Below are positions 38,156 through 47,600 of a stretch of DNA of 64,000 nucleotides, piece after piece. The notes beneath the pieces are model-generated. The model ran no database searches. It had not been told where the DNA came from and saw only the letters and a program-made list of their open reading frames with translations. This DNA comes from an uncultured virus (IMG/VR IMGVR_UViG_3300026549_000073) (Duplodnaviria; Heunggongvirae; Uroviricota; Caudoviricetes; Schitoviridae): the IMG/VR virus record IMGVR_UViG_3300026549_000073; one strand, written 5' to 3'. Each line of letters begins with the position of its first letter. Position 1 is the stretch's first letter. The translations under genes were made by a program, and so were the position numbers.

Positions 38156-38890
38156 TTGGCATCTGTCATAGAGATTAAAGAAATAGATAAAACTACAGCA
38201 GAAGTAGAAATTATCAATAGCATTAAAGATACTCATAAAGCTCTAAGACAGAAGTCAAAAGGTCCGTAACTAACCTTTGCTTTAACTTATGCTGGTACTT
38301 GGATGACTTTAGTTAAAAACTTTGGTTTTACTGAAGAAGAAGCTAAGCATATTGAGAACCAATACCATACCTTATACAGCCACTCTGATAAGGTAATTGC
38401 TAACAGACTAGAGATAGCTGCTAAGCAAGGCTATGAAGAAGTAGCTTTTGGTCTAAGAGTTAGATGCCCTAAAATGCATCAATCTCTTATGGGTATTAAA
38501 GCTACTCCTAAAGAAGCAGAGGCAGAGAAACGTACTGCAGGTAATGCTATAGGTCAATCCTTTGGTTTATTAACTAATAGAGCAGGTATTGAATTTAATA
38601 CCTTGGTTCGTAATAGTAAATACAGATATTCTGTTAAACCTATTATTATGATTCATGATGCTCTATATTATTTAATTCGTGATAATATAGATACTGTTTT
38701 ATGGGTTAATAAGCATTTATCTGAAGCAGTTAAATGGCAAGAAGAACCTCAAATTCAACATGATAAAGTACATTTATCAGGAGAGTTATCTATATTCTAC
38801 CCTGACTGGGCACATGAGTTATCTCTCCCTAATGATTTAGATAAAGATACTTTATGTAATTTAGTTAAAACTTTTAAGGATAGTTTATAA
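38156..38890 (+). CDS. Family A DNA polymerase C-terminal gene (TTG start, in-frame TAA at 38267-38269)
   Basis: AAGGAG + TTG; INSIK..LRQKSKGP*LTFALTYAG (motif B), RTAGNAIGQS, MIHDALY (motif C); the ORF track shows only 38303 onward. Confidence 0.85.
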
Positions 38891-39222
38891 TGGCAGATAC
38901 TAATTTATATTATTTAGGCGTATTTAATATCTCATTCCATAAGAAAGATGAAGAGAAGATTCATACTCATGTACTTAACAATGTATTCATTGGTAAGCAG
39001 ACTTTAAATGAGCCTACTTTAGTAGCAGCTAGAGCACAGATGGCTAAGAAGTTCCTACAGGTATTTGAAGGAGCTGAGATTTTAGATATTGCTATCATGA
39101 ATATTGTTCCTTTGGGTCTTATGACTCCTGATGAGTGGAGTCCTAAGGAGTTCCGAGAGAAGATGGAAGAAGCTTCTAAGAAAGAAGAAGAAGATTCTAA
39201 AAAGGAAGAACCAAAAGAGTAA
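38890..39222 (+). CDS. Conserved N4-like hypothetical protein (gp40 position)
   Basis: DIAIMNIVPLGLMTPDEW C-terminal motif; TAATG coupling to the polymerase. Confidence 0.65.
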   Translation: MADTNLYYLGVFNISFHKKDEEKIHTHVLNNVFIGKQTLNEPTLVAARAQMAKKFLQVFEGAEILDIAIMNIVPLGLMTPDEWSPKEFREKMEEASKKEEEDSKKEEPKE

Positions 39223-39264
39223 TAATAAGACCCTGCTAAGGCAGGGTTTTTTAATGGTGTAATT

Positions 39265-40227
39265 ATGCAAATAAAGCAAAAGAAACTTAAAAATGAAGAT
39301 GGTATTAGTTTCCCTTTCTCTGTTTGGTTAGCTAATGATAGCTATGACTATATTACAGAAGATAACTATATATCAGCTACTCAATTATTAAAGCCTACCA
39401 GACAAGTTATTTTAAGTATGCGCTCAGACGCTGATATAGACATCAGAGACCGCCTTGCAGTATCAACTGGTACTGCTATCCATGACTCAGTAGAAAAGGC
39501 TTGGATGGAGCATTATGACGCTAATATGAGGGCTTTAGGATATAGTGAAGACTTTATCTCTAAAATTAAAATTAACCCTGAGAAATTAGAGTTAGGAGAC
39601 ATTCCTATCTATATAGAGCAAAGAGCTGTTAAAGAACTAGATGGTTTTAAGATTGGCGGTAAGTTTGACTTTGTTTTAAATGGTAATTTACATGACATTA
39701 AAACATCTTCTACTTATACCTATATAGAAGACTCTAAAAGAGAAGATTATATACTACAAGGAAGTATATATAGATACCTGAACCAAGATATTATTACTGG
39801 TTCAGAAATTACTATTGATTATTTCTTTACTGATTGGAGTAAAATAAATGCTCTATCAAATAATCAATACCCACAGTCTAGATGTTTATCTAAGAGTTAT
39901 CCTTTACTTTCTGTTTTGGATACTGAGCAGTATCTAAGAACCAAGTTACAAGAAATAAAAGATAATTTAGATAAACCAGAGGATGAGATTATTCCTTGTC
40001 CAGATAAAGATTTATGGTTATCTCCTACAGTTTATAAATACTATAGTGATTCTACTAAAACTAATGGTAGAGCTACTAAGAACTTTACTTCTTTAGAAGA
40101 AGCTAATGCTTATGCTACAAGTAAAGGTAAGGGTATTATTAAAACTGTACTAGGTACACCTAAACGCTGTATGTATTGCCCTGCTTATAGTATATGTTCA
40201 CAACGTAGAAGGTATTACAATGATTGA
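39265..40227 (+). CDS. PD-(D/E)xK / Cas4-like nuclease (N4 gp42-like)
   Basis: ISATQLLKP, GTAIHD, EQR, GGKFD...DIK, QGSIY, RCMYC...IC. Confidence 0.8.
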   Translation: MQIKQKKLKNEDGISFPFSVWLANDSYDYITEDNYISATQLLKPTRQVILSMRSDADIDIRDRLAVSTGTAIHDSVEKAWMEHYDANMRALGYSEDFISKIKINPEKLELGDIPIYIEQRAVKELDGFKIGGKFDFVLNGNLHDIKTSSTYTYIEDSKREDYILQGSIYRYLNQDIITGSEITIDYFFTDWSKINALSNNQYPQSRCLSKSYPLLSVLDTEQYLRTKLQEIKDNLDKPEDEIIPCPDKDLWLSPTVYKYYSDSTKTNGRATKNFTSLEEANAYATSKGKGIIKTVLGTPKRCMYCPAYSICSQRRRYYND

Positions 40228-42394
40228 CCTAACTAAAGTAAGCCATCATCCATGTATTGAAGAACTTACAAATTTATTATGTGTTAAAACTTTAAATCAA
40301 GATAAAAACTTTTATAGACCTTTAATTGCTTACTTCTTAGCTGTAATGGCTAGTTCTCAAAGAGCCTATGTTCATACAAAAGATAGAGGTAATATCCCTA
40401 TTAATTTATATGTTATTAACTTGGCTCCATCAGGATATGGTAAAGGATTATCAACAGGCATGTTAGAAGATATTACTAAAGAATTTAGAAACTTCTTCAT
40501 GAATGTTACATTCCCTACTTTATTAGACCAAAATTTAAAAAATTTATCAGCTCAAAGAGCTTCATTATCTCATACAGACCAACAGTCTGAATATGAAGAA
40601 TTATTAAAGCAATCAGAGAGAGCAGGTAGACCTATATTTGTATTTGATAGTGGTACTACTCCTGCAGTTAAGCAGTACAGAAATAAACTGTTATTAGCTA
40701 AATGTGGTGCTCTTAATTTCCAGTGTGATGAAATTGGTTCTAACTTAATGGCTAATACAGACCTTATGAACTCTTTCTTAGAGTTATTTGATAAAGGTCT
40801 TATTAAGAATAAGTTAGTTAAAAATACACAGGATAATGTAAGAGATATTGACCTAGGAGGTAATACTCCAGCTAACTGTTTATTATTTGGTACTCAAGAT
40901 AAAATCTTTGATGGTTCAGCTACAGAAGATTTATTCTATTCTTTTCTAGAAATTGGTTATGCAAGAAGATGTTTATTTGGTATTGGTAAGACTATGAAAG
41001 CTAAGTCTTACTATACTATGTCAGCTGCAGAAATGTATAACCAGTTAATTCAACCTAATAATGATGCTACTGCTAATAAATGGAGCAGCACCTTTTTAAA
41101 GTTAGCTAATCCAGCTTACTATAATAGAAGAATTGAATTACCTGATGATGTAGCTATTCAGTTATTAGAGTACAGAAAAGAGTGTGATATTGAAGCAGAT
41201 AAGTTACCTGAATTTGCAGGAACCAAGAAAGCTGAATTATCACACAGACATTTTAAAGCTCTTAAATTAGCAGGAGCTTTAGCTTTTATTGATAATGCTC
41301 CTACTATTACTATGACTTGTTTACTACAAGCTATTAAGCTTGTAGAAGAATCTGGTAAGTCATTCCAAACTATCCTTAATAGAGATAAGCCTTATATGAA
41401 ATTAGCTAAGTATCTGATGGGATGTGATACTCCACAGACTCATGCTGATTTACTAGAGGCATTACCATTCTATAAAGCTAGCTCTAAGAATGACATGATG
41501 GCATTGGCTCAGGCTTATGCTTATAGTCAACATGGTCTTATTAAAAAGACCTATATGGATGGTATTGAGTTCTTTAAGGGTGAATCCTTAAAAGCTACTG
41601 ATTTAGATAAGATGATTTTATCTTATAGTAACGATGTAGCTTATGGATATAAGAACGTACAAGTACCTTTTAAATCTTTATATAAGATGACCCATGCTAA
41701 TACTTTAATGCACTGGATTAACCATCATGTTAAAGATGGACACAGATGTGATATGTGTTCATATAATAAATTCAATATGATTGTTATTGATTGTGATGGT
41801 GAAATCAATCTTAAGTTAGCTATGGATTTAATGAAAGAATATACTTTCTTTGTTCATACCACTAAATCTAATGTAGAACCAGATAACAATAGATTTAGAA
41901 TGGTTATTCCTATTGCTTATGAGTTAGAGTTAGATAAGGAAGACTATAAAGAATTTATGAATAATATTCTTAATTGGCTTCCTTTCCACTCTGATGAAGG
42001 AACCAATAGTAGAGTAAAGAAATGGGAAAGTTGTTCTAAAGGTTCTTGTTTTGGGCAAAATATTAATTTTACCTATAACGAGGGAGTACTGTTAGACCCA
42101 TTACCATTTATTCCTCATACTATGAGAAATGAAAGGTATCAGAAAGAGAACAAGAAAGCTATTGAAAACTTAGATAACTTAGCACGTTGGTTCGCTATTA
42201 GAATTTCTATTGGTAATAGAAATAATAATATGATTAAGTATGCATTGGCTCTTAAGGATTCTGGATTACCTTATCCAGAAGTAGAAGCTAGAGTACTAGG
42301 TTTAAATAAGCAATTAACTTCTCCACTATCAACTGAAGAATTATCTAATACAGTATTAAAATCAGTAGCACAAGGATACGTAAAGAATGAGTGA
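40220..42394 (+). CDS. DNA primase (N4 Dns/gp43-like)
   Basis: APSGYGKG, FDSGTTPAVKQ, DEIGSNL, DCDG, TTKS, RFR, GNRNN PriCT-like C-terminus. Confidence 0.85.
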   Translation: MIDLTKVSHHPCIEELTNLLCVKTLNQDKNFYRPLIAYFLAVMASSQRAYVHTKDRGNIPINLYVINLAPSGYGKGLSTGMLEDITKEFRNFFMNVTFPTLLDQNLKNLSAQRASLSHTDQQSEYEELLKQSERAGRPIFVFDSGTTPAVKQYRNKLLLAKCGALNFQCDEIGSNLMANTDLMNSFLELFDKGLIKNKLVKNTQDNVRDIDLGGNTPANCLLFGTQDKIFDGSATEDLFYSFLEIGYARRCLFGIGKTMKAKSYYTMSAAEMYNQLIQPNNDATANKWSSTFLKLANPAYYNRRIELPDDVAIQLLEYRKECDIEADKLPEFAGTKKAELSHRHFKALKLAGALAFIDNAPTITMTCLLQAIKLVEESGKSFQTILNRDKPYMKLAKYLMGCDTPQTHADLLEALPFYKASSKNDMMALAQAYAYSQHGLIKKTYMDGIEFFKGESLKATDLDKMILSYSNDVAYGYKNVQVPFKSLYKMTHANTLMHWINHHVKDGHRCDMCSYNKFNMIVIDCDGEINLKLAMDLMKEYTFFVHTTKSNVEPDNNRFRMVIPIAYELELDKEDYKEFMNNILNWLPFHSDEGTNSRVKKWESCSKGSCFGQNINFTYNEGVLLDPLPFIPHTMRNERYQKENKKAIENLDNLARWFAIRISIGNRNNNMIKYALALKDSGLPYPEVEARVLGLNKQLTSPLSTEELSNTVLKSVAQGYVKNE

Positions 42395-43115
42395 TACAAA
42401 TGACCAACTTATTCTTATATGTGGTTATTCTGGCTCAGGTAAGTCTTACTCGCTAAAGAATATTAGGAACCAAGATAAATGGTTATACCTAAATACTGAG
42501 GCAGGTAAGAAATTACCTTTTAAGAACCAGTTTAAAAATATAAGAATTGTAGACCCTAAAGAAGTATTAAGTTATTTTGATGCAGCTATTGCAGCTGGAG
42601 ATAAATCAGAAGGAATTATTATTGATTCCATAGATTTTCTTATGAATATGTTTGAAGCTAAATATATTAAAACAGCTGCTGATACCAGAAAGGCATGGGG
42701 TAATTATCAAACATTTTTTGAACAGATTTTCCAAGATAAAATTATTAGATATGGTAAACCTGTTATAATTATTGCCCATGTAGCTGATTCATATGATGAG
42801 AAGACATTAGATACTAAGACTTCTATTCCTGTTAAGGGAGCTTTAAAGAATATTAGTATTGAAGCTTATTGTTCATTCTTAATCTATGCAGAGAAAATGA
42901 CTCTTAAAGATTTAGAAAATTATAAAAATGACTTACTTCATATTACAGCTAAAGATGAAGCTACAGGTCTTAAATACTGCTTCCAGACTCAATTAACTAA
43001 AACTACTTTAAATAAGAAGATTAGAGGACCAGATGATTTATTTACATTAGATGAAACTTATATTGATAATGATGCACAATTAGTTCTAGATAAATTAACG
43101 GAGTATTACAAATAA
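42387..43115 (+). CDS. Sak4-like AAA recombination protein (N4 gp44-like)
   Basis: GYSGSGKS, NTEAGKKLPF, IIIDS, IIAH, IDND. Confidence 0.8.
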   Translation: MSDTNDQLILICGYSGSGKSYSLKNIRNQDKWLYLNTEAGKKLPFKNQFKNIRIVDPKEVLSYFDAAIAAGDKSEGIIIDSIDFLMNMFEAKYIKTAADTRKAWGNYQTFFEQIFQDKIIRYGKPVIIIAHVADSYDEKTLDTKTSIPVKGALKNISIEAYCSFLIYAEKMTLKDLENYKNDLLHITAKDEATGLKYCFQTQLTKTTLNKKIRGPDDLFTLDETYIDNDAQLVLDKLTEYYK

Positions 43116-43117
43116 TT

Positions 43118-43840
43118 ATGGGCGCATTTGATAATTTAACCAATGATGGTTTAGAAAGACAGGGTGATTCTTTAGGCTCAGGTCGTCAGGTATTTCCTTC
43201 TGACATCTATGACATGAAGATTAAGTATGCTTATGCAGGTAAGTCTTCAGGTGGAGCCATGTCAGTAACTGTAGTAGGTAACTTATTAACAGCTAATAAT
43301 GCTGAGTATTCAGAGACCTTCTACATTACTAATAAACAGGGTCAAAACTTCTTTGAGAAGAATGGTAAGAAAATCCCTCTACCGGGATTTACAGTAATTG
43401 ATGATATGTGCTGTTTTGGTGATAAAAAGCACCTATCTCAGCAGTCTACTGAAGATAAGATTATCGAGAAGTATGATGCTGAAGCTAAGGGTATGGTTCA
43501 GGTATCTGTACCAGTAATTACTGGCTTAACAAATAAGACAGTAACTGTAGCTATCAGACAGATTAAGGAATACAAGCGTAAGAAGTTTGATGATGGTTAT
43601 AAGACTATTGCTGATACTATCGAAATCAATCAGATTGATAAGGTCTTTGATAATACTACCCATAAGACTGCTAATGAGATGATTGATAAGAAAGAGACAG
43701 CAGAGTTCTATGATACTTGGCTCGAAGCTAATAAAGGTATTATTAAGGATAAGACTAAAGGTAAGCTACCTGAGGTTACTGAGACATCAGACTCATCATC
43801 TTCAGCTCCAAGTACTCCTGCAGTAGACCCATTTGCATAA
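43118..43840 (+). CDS. ssb: Single-stranded DNA-binding protein (N4 gp45-like)
   Basis: AYAGKSSGGA, LPGF, NQIDKVF, flexible tail ending DPFA; syntenic position. Confidence 0.8.
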   Translation: MGAFDNLTNDGLERQGDSLGSGRQVFPSDIYDMKIKYAYAGKSSGGAMSVTVVGNLLTANNAEYSETFYITNKQGQNFFEKNGKKIPLPGFTVIDDMCCFGDKKHLSQQSTEDKIIEKYDAEAKGMVQVSVPVITGLTNKTVTVAIRQIKEYKRKKFDDGYKTIADTIEINQIDKVFDNTTHKTANEMIDKKETAEFYDTWLEANKGIIKDKTKGKLPEVTETSDSSSSAPSTPAVDPFA

Positions 43841-44013
43841 CATATTTAAATCCCCATATCTCAATGGGGATTTTTAACTCAAATCCCCATTGAATACCTA
43901 ATAGGAATATTCAATGTCAATAGCACATATATTCTTAGCAGCAGTCCCCATACTTCAAGGTATAGCTACAGCTATAGATATATATAATTCAATTAATTTT
44001 CAGGAAAATAAAA

Positions 44014-44337
44014 ATGCAGATTATTTTAAACGAGAAAGACATCAAAACAGCTATCCTTCAGTTTCTAGGAAACAACCAGTTGACCTTAACAAATACTCCG
44101 GTTGTAGAATTATCAATGAAAGGAAGAGGTGGAGCAGATGGAATGGTAGCAACCATTAATCTAGATGGTTCATCTGAGAAGGCAGAGCCTGTTGCTAATA
44201 AAGAACCAGAAGTGGTATTAAAATCTGAGGAACCAGAAGAGAAAGAAGCAGATGCTTTATTTGGTTCAGAAGAGGAAGAGAAGAAGCCTGAAGACCCAGA
44301 TACTAAGGGTGACTTCCCTTTTAGTAGCTTTTCATAA
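44014..44337 (+). CDS. Conserved N4-like protein with acidic tail
   Basis: MQIILNEKDIKTAI, GRGGADG..ATI. Confidence 0.65.
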   Translation: MQIILNEKDIKTAILQFLGNNQLTLTNTPVVELSMKGRGGADGMVATINLDGSSEKAEPVANKEPEVVLKSEEPEEKEADALFGSEEEEKKPEDPDTKGDFPFSSFS

Positions 44338-44618
44338 TGACTAAAGAAGAATGGCTGTTTAAACAGCTAGAAGGCTTAAGGTATCAAGTTGAACTAGATA
44401 AACAGGAAGCCTCAGATGAATATGAAGATTTTCATGATATGCACTCAAAACGTTCAGCTAAAGCCTTAGGATATGTACTAAGAAGAATAGATAATATTAT
44501 CTATAGATACCAAAGAAAGAGGGGCAATAGCCCCTCTATTTATTTATTTATAAAGCTTTATATAACTCTACTGCTGGATTCTTATTCCAGAAGGCAAAGA
44601 AGAAGTTTAATGGCATAA
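44337..44618 (+). CDS. Hypothetical protein
   Basis: TAATG coupling; 3' end crosses a terminator hairpin and overlaps the vRNAP end. Confidence 0.5.
   Translation: MTKEEWLFKQLEGLRYQVELDKQEASDEYEDFHDMHSKRSAKALGYVLRRIDNIIYRYQRKRGNSPSIYLFIKLYITLLLDSYSRRQRRSLMA
44518..44545. terminator. Bidirectional terminator at the middle/late junction
   Basis: AGAGGGGC-aata-GCCCCTCT between convergent units. Confidence 0.75.
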
Positions 44619-47600
44619 AAGTACCACCTAAACCTCCTGAAGCTGCCTTAGAGAAGAAGTTATCTGATAATACAGTACCTTTATCCAATGCCCATTGTGG
44701 AGTAATAAGCTCACCGAATATCCAAGAAGCTGGGTTATGTAAGAAGATATCCATAGCTATCTTAGAAATACGTAACTTATAGTTATAGAACCAAATAATA
44801 CCCATATTCTCTAGATACTCTCTAGTTCTACCTGCCATCATATCGTAGTTTACAAACTCTTCCATTGCCATACGTTGAGCATTTTCTAGCTTAACACCAT
44901 CACCTAATAACCTATCAAAGTAAATAGACTTAGCAATAAAATCACCATATATAGTAGCTTTTTCCATAAGCTTATATAATCCAGTGTCTTTAGATACTGA
45001 TAACCATTTACCTGCTTTTACTATTGGTTCAGGAATCTTAGCTACTTCCTCATTAATCTTATCAGCCCATTTACCAGTAAAGATACTATCATTGTATTCA
45101 TCACCAACATCAGCTAATGAAGATAGCTCACCTGCTTTAATCATAGGATAAATAGACATAGTTTTAATACGCTGTAGATTATTCTCTAATCTGTTTTCTA
45201 ACTTCTGTTTTTCCTGTCTTGATTTAGCGGTAATAAGCTTAGACTTTAATTGAATATTTTGTCTTTCAATACGTCTATATTCCTCTAATTCCATTGTTTT
45301 GGTTCTAATACCTTTAGCTATTTCAGGATAAGGTATTCCTCTCATTCTTAACTGAATAATATTACTTACAATATTATTAAATGGGATAACACAAGAACGT
45401 ACTACAATATAGTTTCTAGCTGTAGAGGTAGTATATTGAATAGCTCTTTCAGCATGTCCTAGTATTTTATAAGCATTTCTACCTAATAAAATATCTGCTA
45501 GCTTAGCAGCTGTATTTAGTGCTTTAGCAGGCATACGAGAGTTACCTGTATAAATATCTGTAATAGAAGCAGAACGATAGCCTATAAATAAATCTAGCAT
45601 ATCTTTACGAACTAATGCTTTACCACCAAAATTCTTAGCTATAGCTGATTTAATAGCAGGGTCTACTCTATCCCAAGCATCTTTTACTACCCTATCTTTT
45701 TTAGCTTCTTCATTAATATCTACATAGAATTTAGAAGTATTTGAACCATAGAACTTTGCATCTTCATCATATATCTTCTTAGTTAAAGCTACTGCTTCAA
45801 CATTAAATGATTTAGAAGCTGATTCAATAAACTCATTAGCAGACCATTTACCTAAAGCATCTAAACCAGACCAATCATATACACTATCTGGTAATGGTGT
45901 AGGTCTATCATAATAATAGACTTTACCAGTACTACTAAATGTAGGTATTGGTTCATAACTAGATACATTAAATGGGTCATATGAATATTGGTCTCTAGTT
46001 AATGGTTTAATGATAGTAGAGGTACTTAATCCTATTTCATTGGTTCCATATATCTTAGTAGCTTCATTTTGAATAATACCTTTATGGAAATTTACATCAG
46101 GTAAAGAAGTTCTCATTATATAAACTTCACCTGCATTACCTGTCTTAGGTAACTTTTGTACTAAATCCCATCCTCTATGCTGAGCTTCTTTAACTGCTTC
46201 CATAGAATAAACAGCTTTATAGTTTACTTGGTTCTTAAACTGTAATGGTATATATCCCTTATAGTAATTAAACTTATTAGATAGCTTATTTAATTCAGCT
46301 TGCTTAATACTATTATGAATATCAGCTAAAGCATCCATACCTGTTTTATTGTTTTCAATAAAGGTTGCTAACTTATCTCTTTCACTATCTTTTAATAGTT
46401 GTATAGCATAGCAAGAAACTAGCTTATCTATCTGAGGAACCTTATCCTCTGCATAATTAAGGTCATCTATTAAATTATTCTTAGAAGCAGCAATAGCATG
46501 AGCATTTCTTAGTAATAATCCTTTAGATTTACCTGTTACCATGTAGTTAGCTAATTGTTTAGCTTTACTAATCTGGTATCCAGTTAAACCCTGTTCATAC
46601 TGAGTTATTTCACTTGATGGGTCTCTAATAATATTAGCTAATTCATATATATTAGAACCATCTAATAAAGTAGTTAAATCTAACTTAAGATAGTGTTTAG
46701 CTAGCATAGCTTCATCTTCTTTAGTTATGTTTTTAAACTTCTTTCTTAATAAATCAGGGATACCTTTACTACGTTGTAAAGACTCTCTATCTAGAGTAGC
46801 TGTTACTTTCTTTAATAAAGAATAAACAGGGAAATTATGGAAATTCATTCCAGTAAAGTCTCTGATTATTTCCTGTATAGGTTTTAAATAAGATTTAGAT
46901 GGTAATAGAGAAGCATAGTCTTGAGTTAATTTAGAAACTAAACCATGTTCATAAGCTTGTTTACCTGCATCAGTTTTTGCTAATACAGCTAAACTTTGTA
47001 AAGCTTTACCTGCTTTTATAGGTGAGTTTAATTTAGTTTCTACAGCATCAACAGCTTTACCAACTAAACCCATAGATTTAATTTCAGCTGTAACAGCTAA
47101 ATGATTTAACTTACTTTCTGCAAAAGATTCTTTATTAAATAAGTTATTAATATTATTAAGAACTGCTTGAGAAGCTATACCTTTAGCTAAAGAAGCTTCA
47201 ATAACATCAGCTATGTTATCCTTATCTAGAACCAAGGAATTATAAGCATCATTAACAGTATTAATTAAGAAGTCATCTATCGCATAGTTTGTATTTACTT
47301 TATTAATCTTGGTTTGCTTCATTGTCTTTAATAGACTGTTTATTTCTGGGTCTTTTATTCCCATATAAATAAAGTTAGTTAAACCTGATGTAAATGATTT
47401 ATGGTTTTCATTTATATCTAGGATATTACCTGTTAATAATGCTTGTTTTTCAGGGGAAATATTATTTAACTCTTTTGAGTTTAAAAACTCAGAATAAAGC
47501 TTATTTAACTTTAAGCTTACATTGCTAGGTAAATAGTTACCTTTAATAATAGTATCCAATGAAGTAATAAATGGTAAATCAGCTACTGCATCTAAACCAG

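Noticed and set aside
37260..38236. Possible third polymerase intron containing the HNH gene
   Set aside because: No AACGACTA/GATATAGTC core or 3' module as in the other three introns, and too little non-coding sequence for a ribozyme
38264..38272. Loop sequence CCGTAACTA matches part of 23S rRNA helix 69 (the I-CeuI site region) as I recall it
   Set aside because: Only 9 nt, the flanks do not match and no mechanism is apparent; treated as coincidence
43914..44159. 81-aa ORF overlapping 44014..44337
   Set aside because: It has a weak SD and a hydrophobic start, but overlaps the better-supported gene by 146 nt; not enough support to list as a feature
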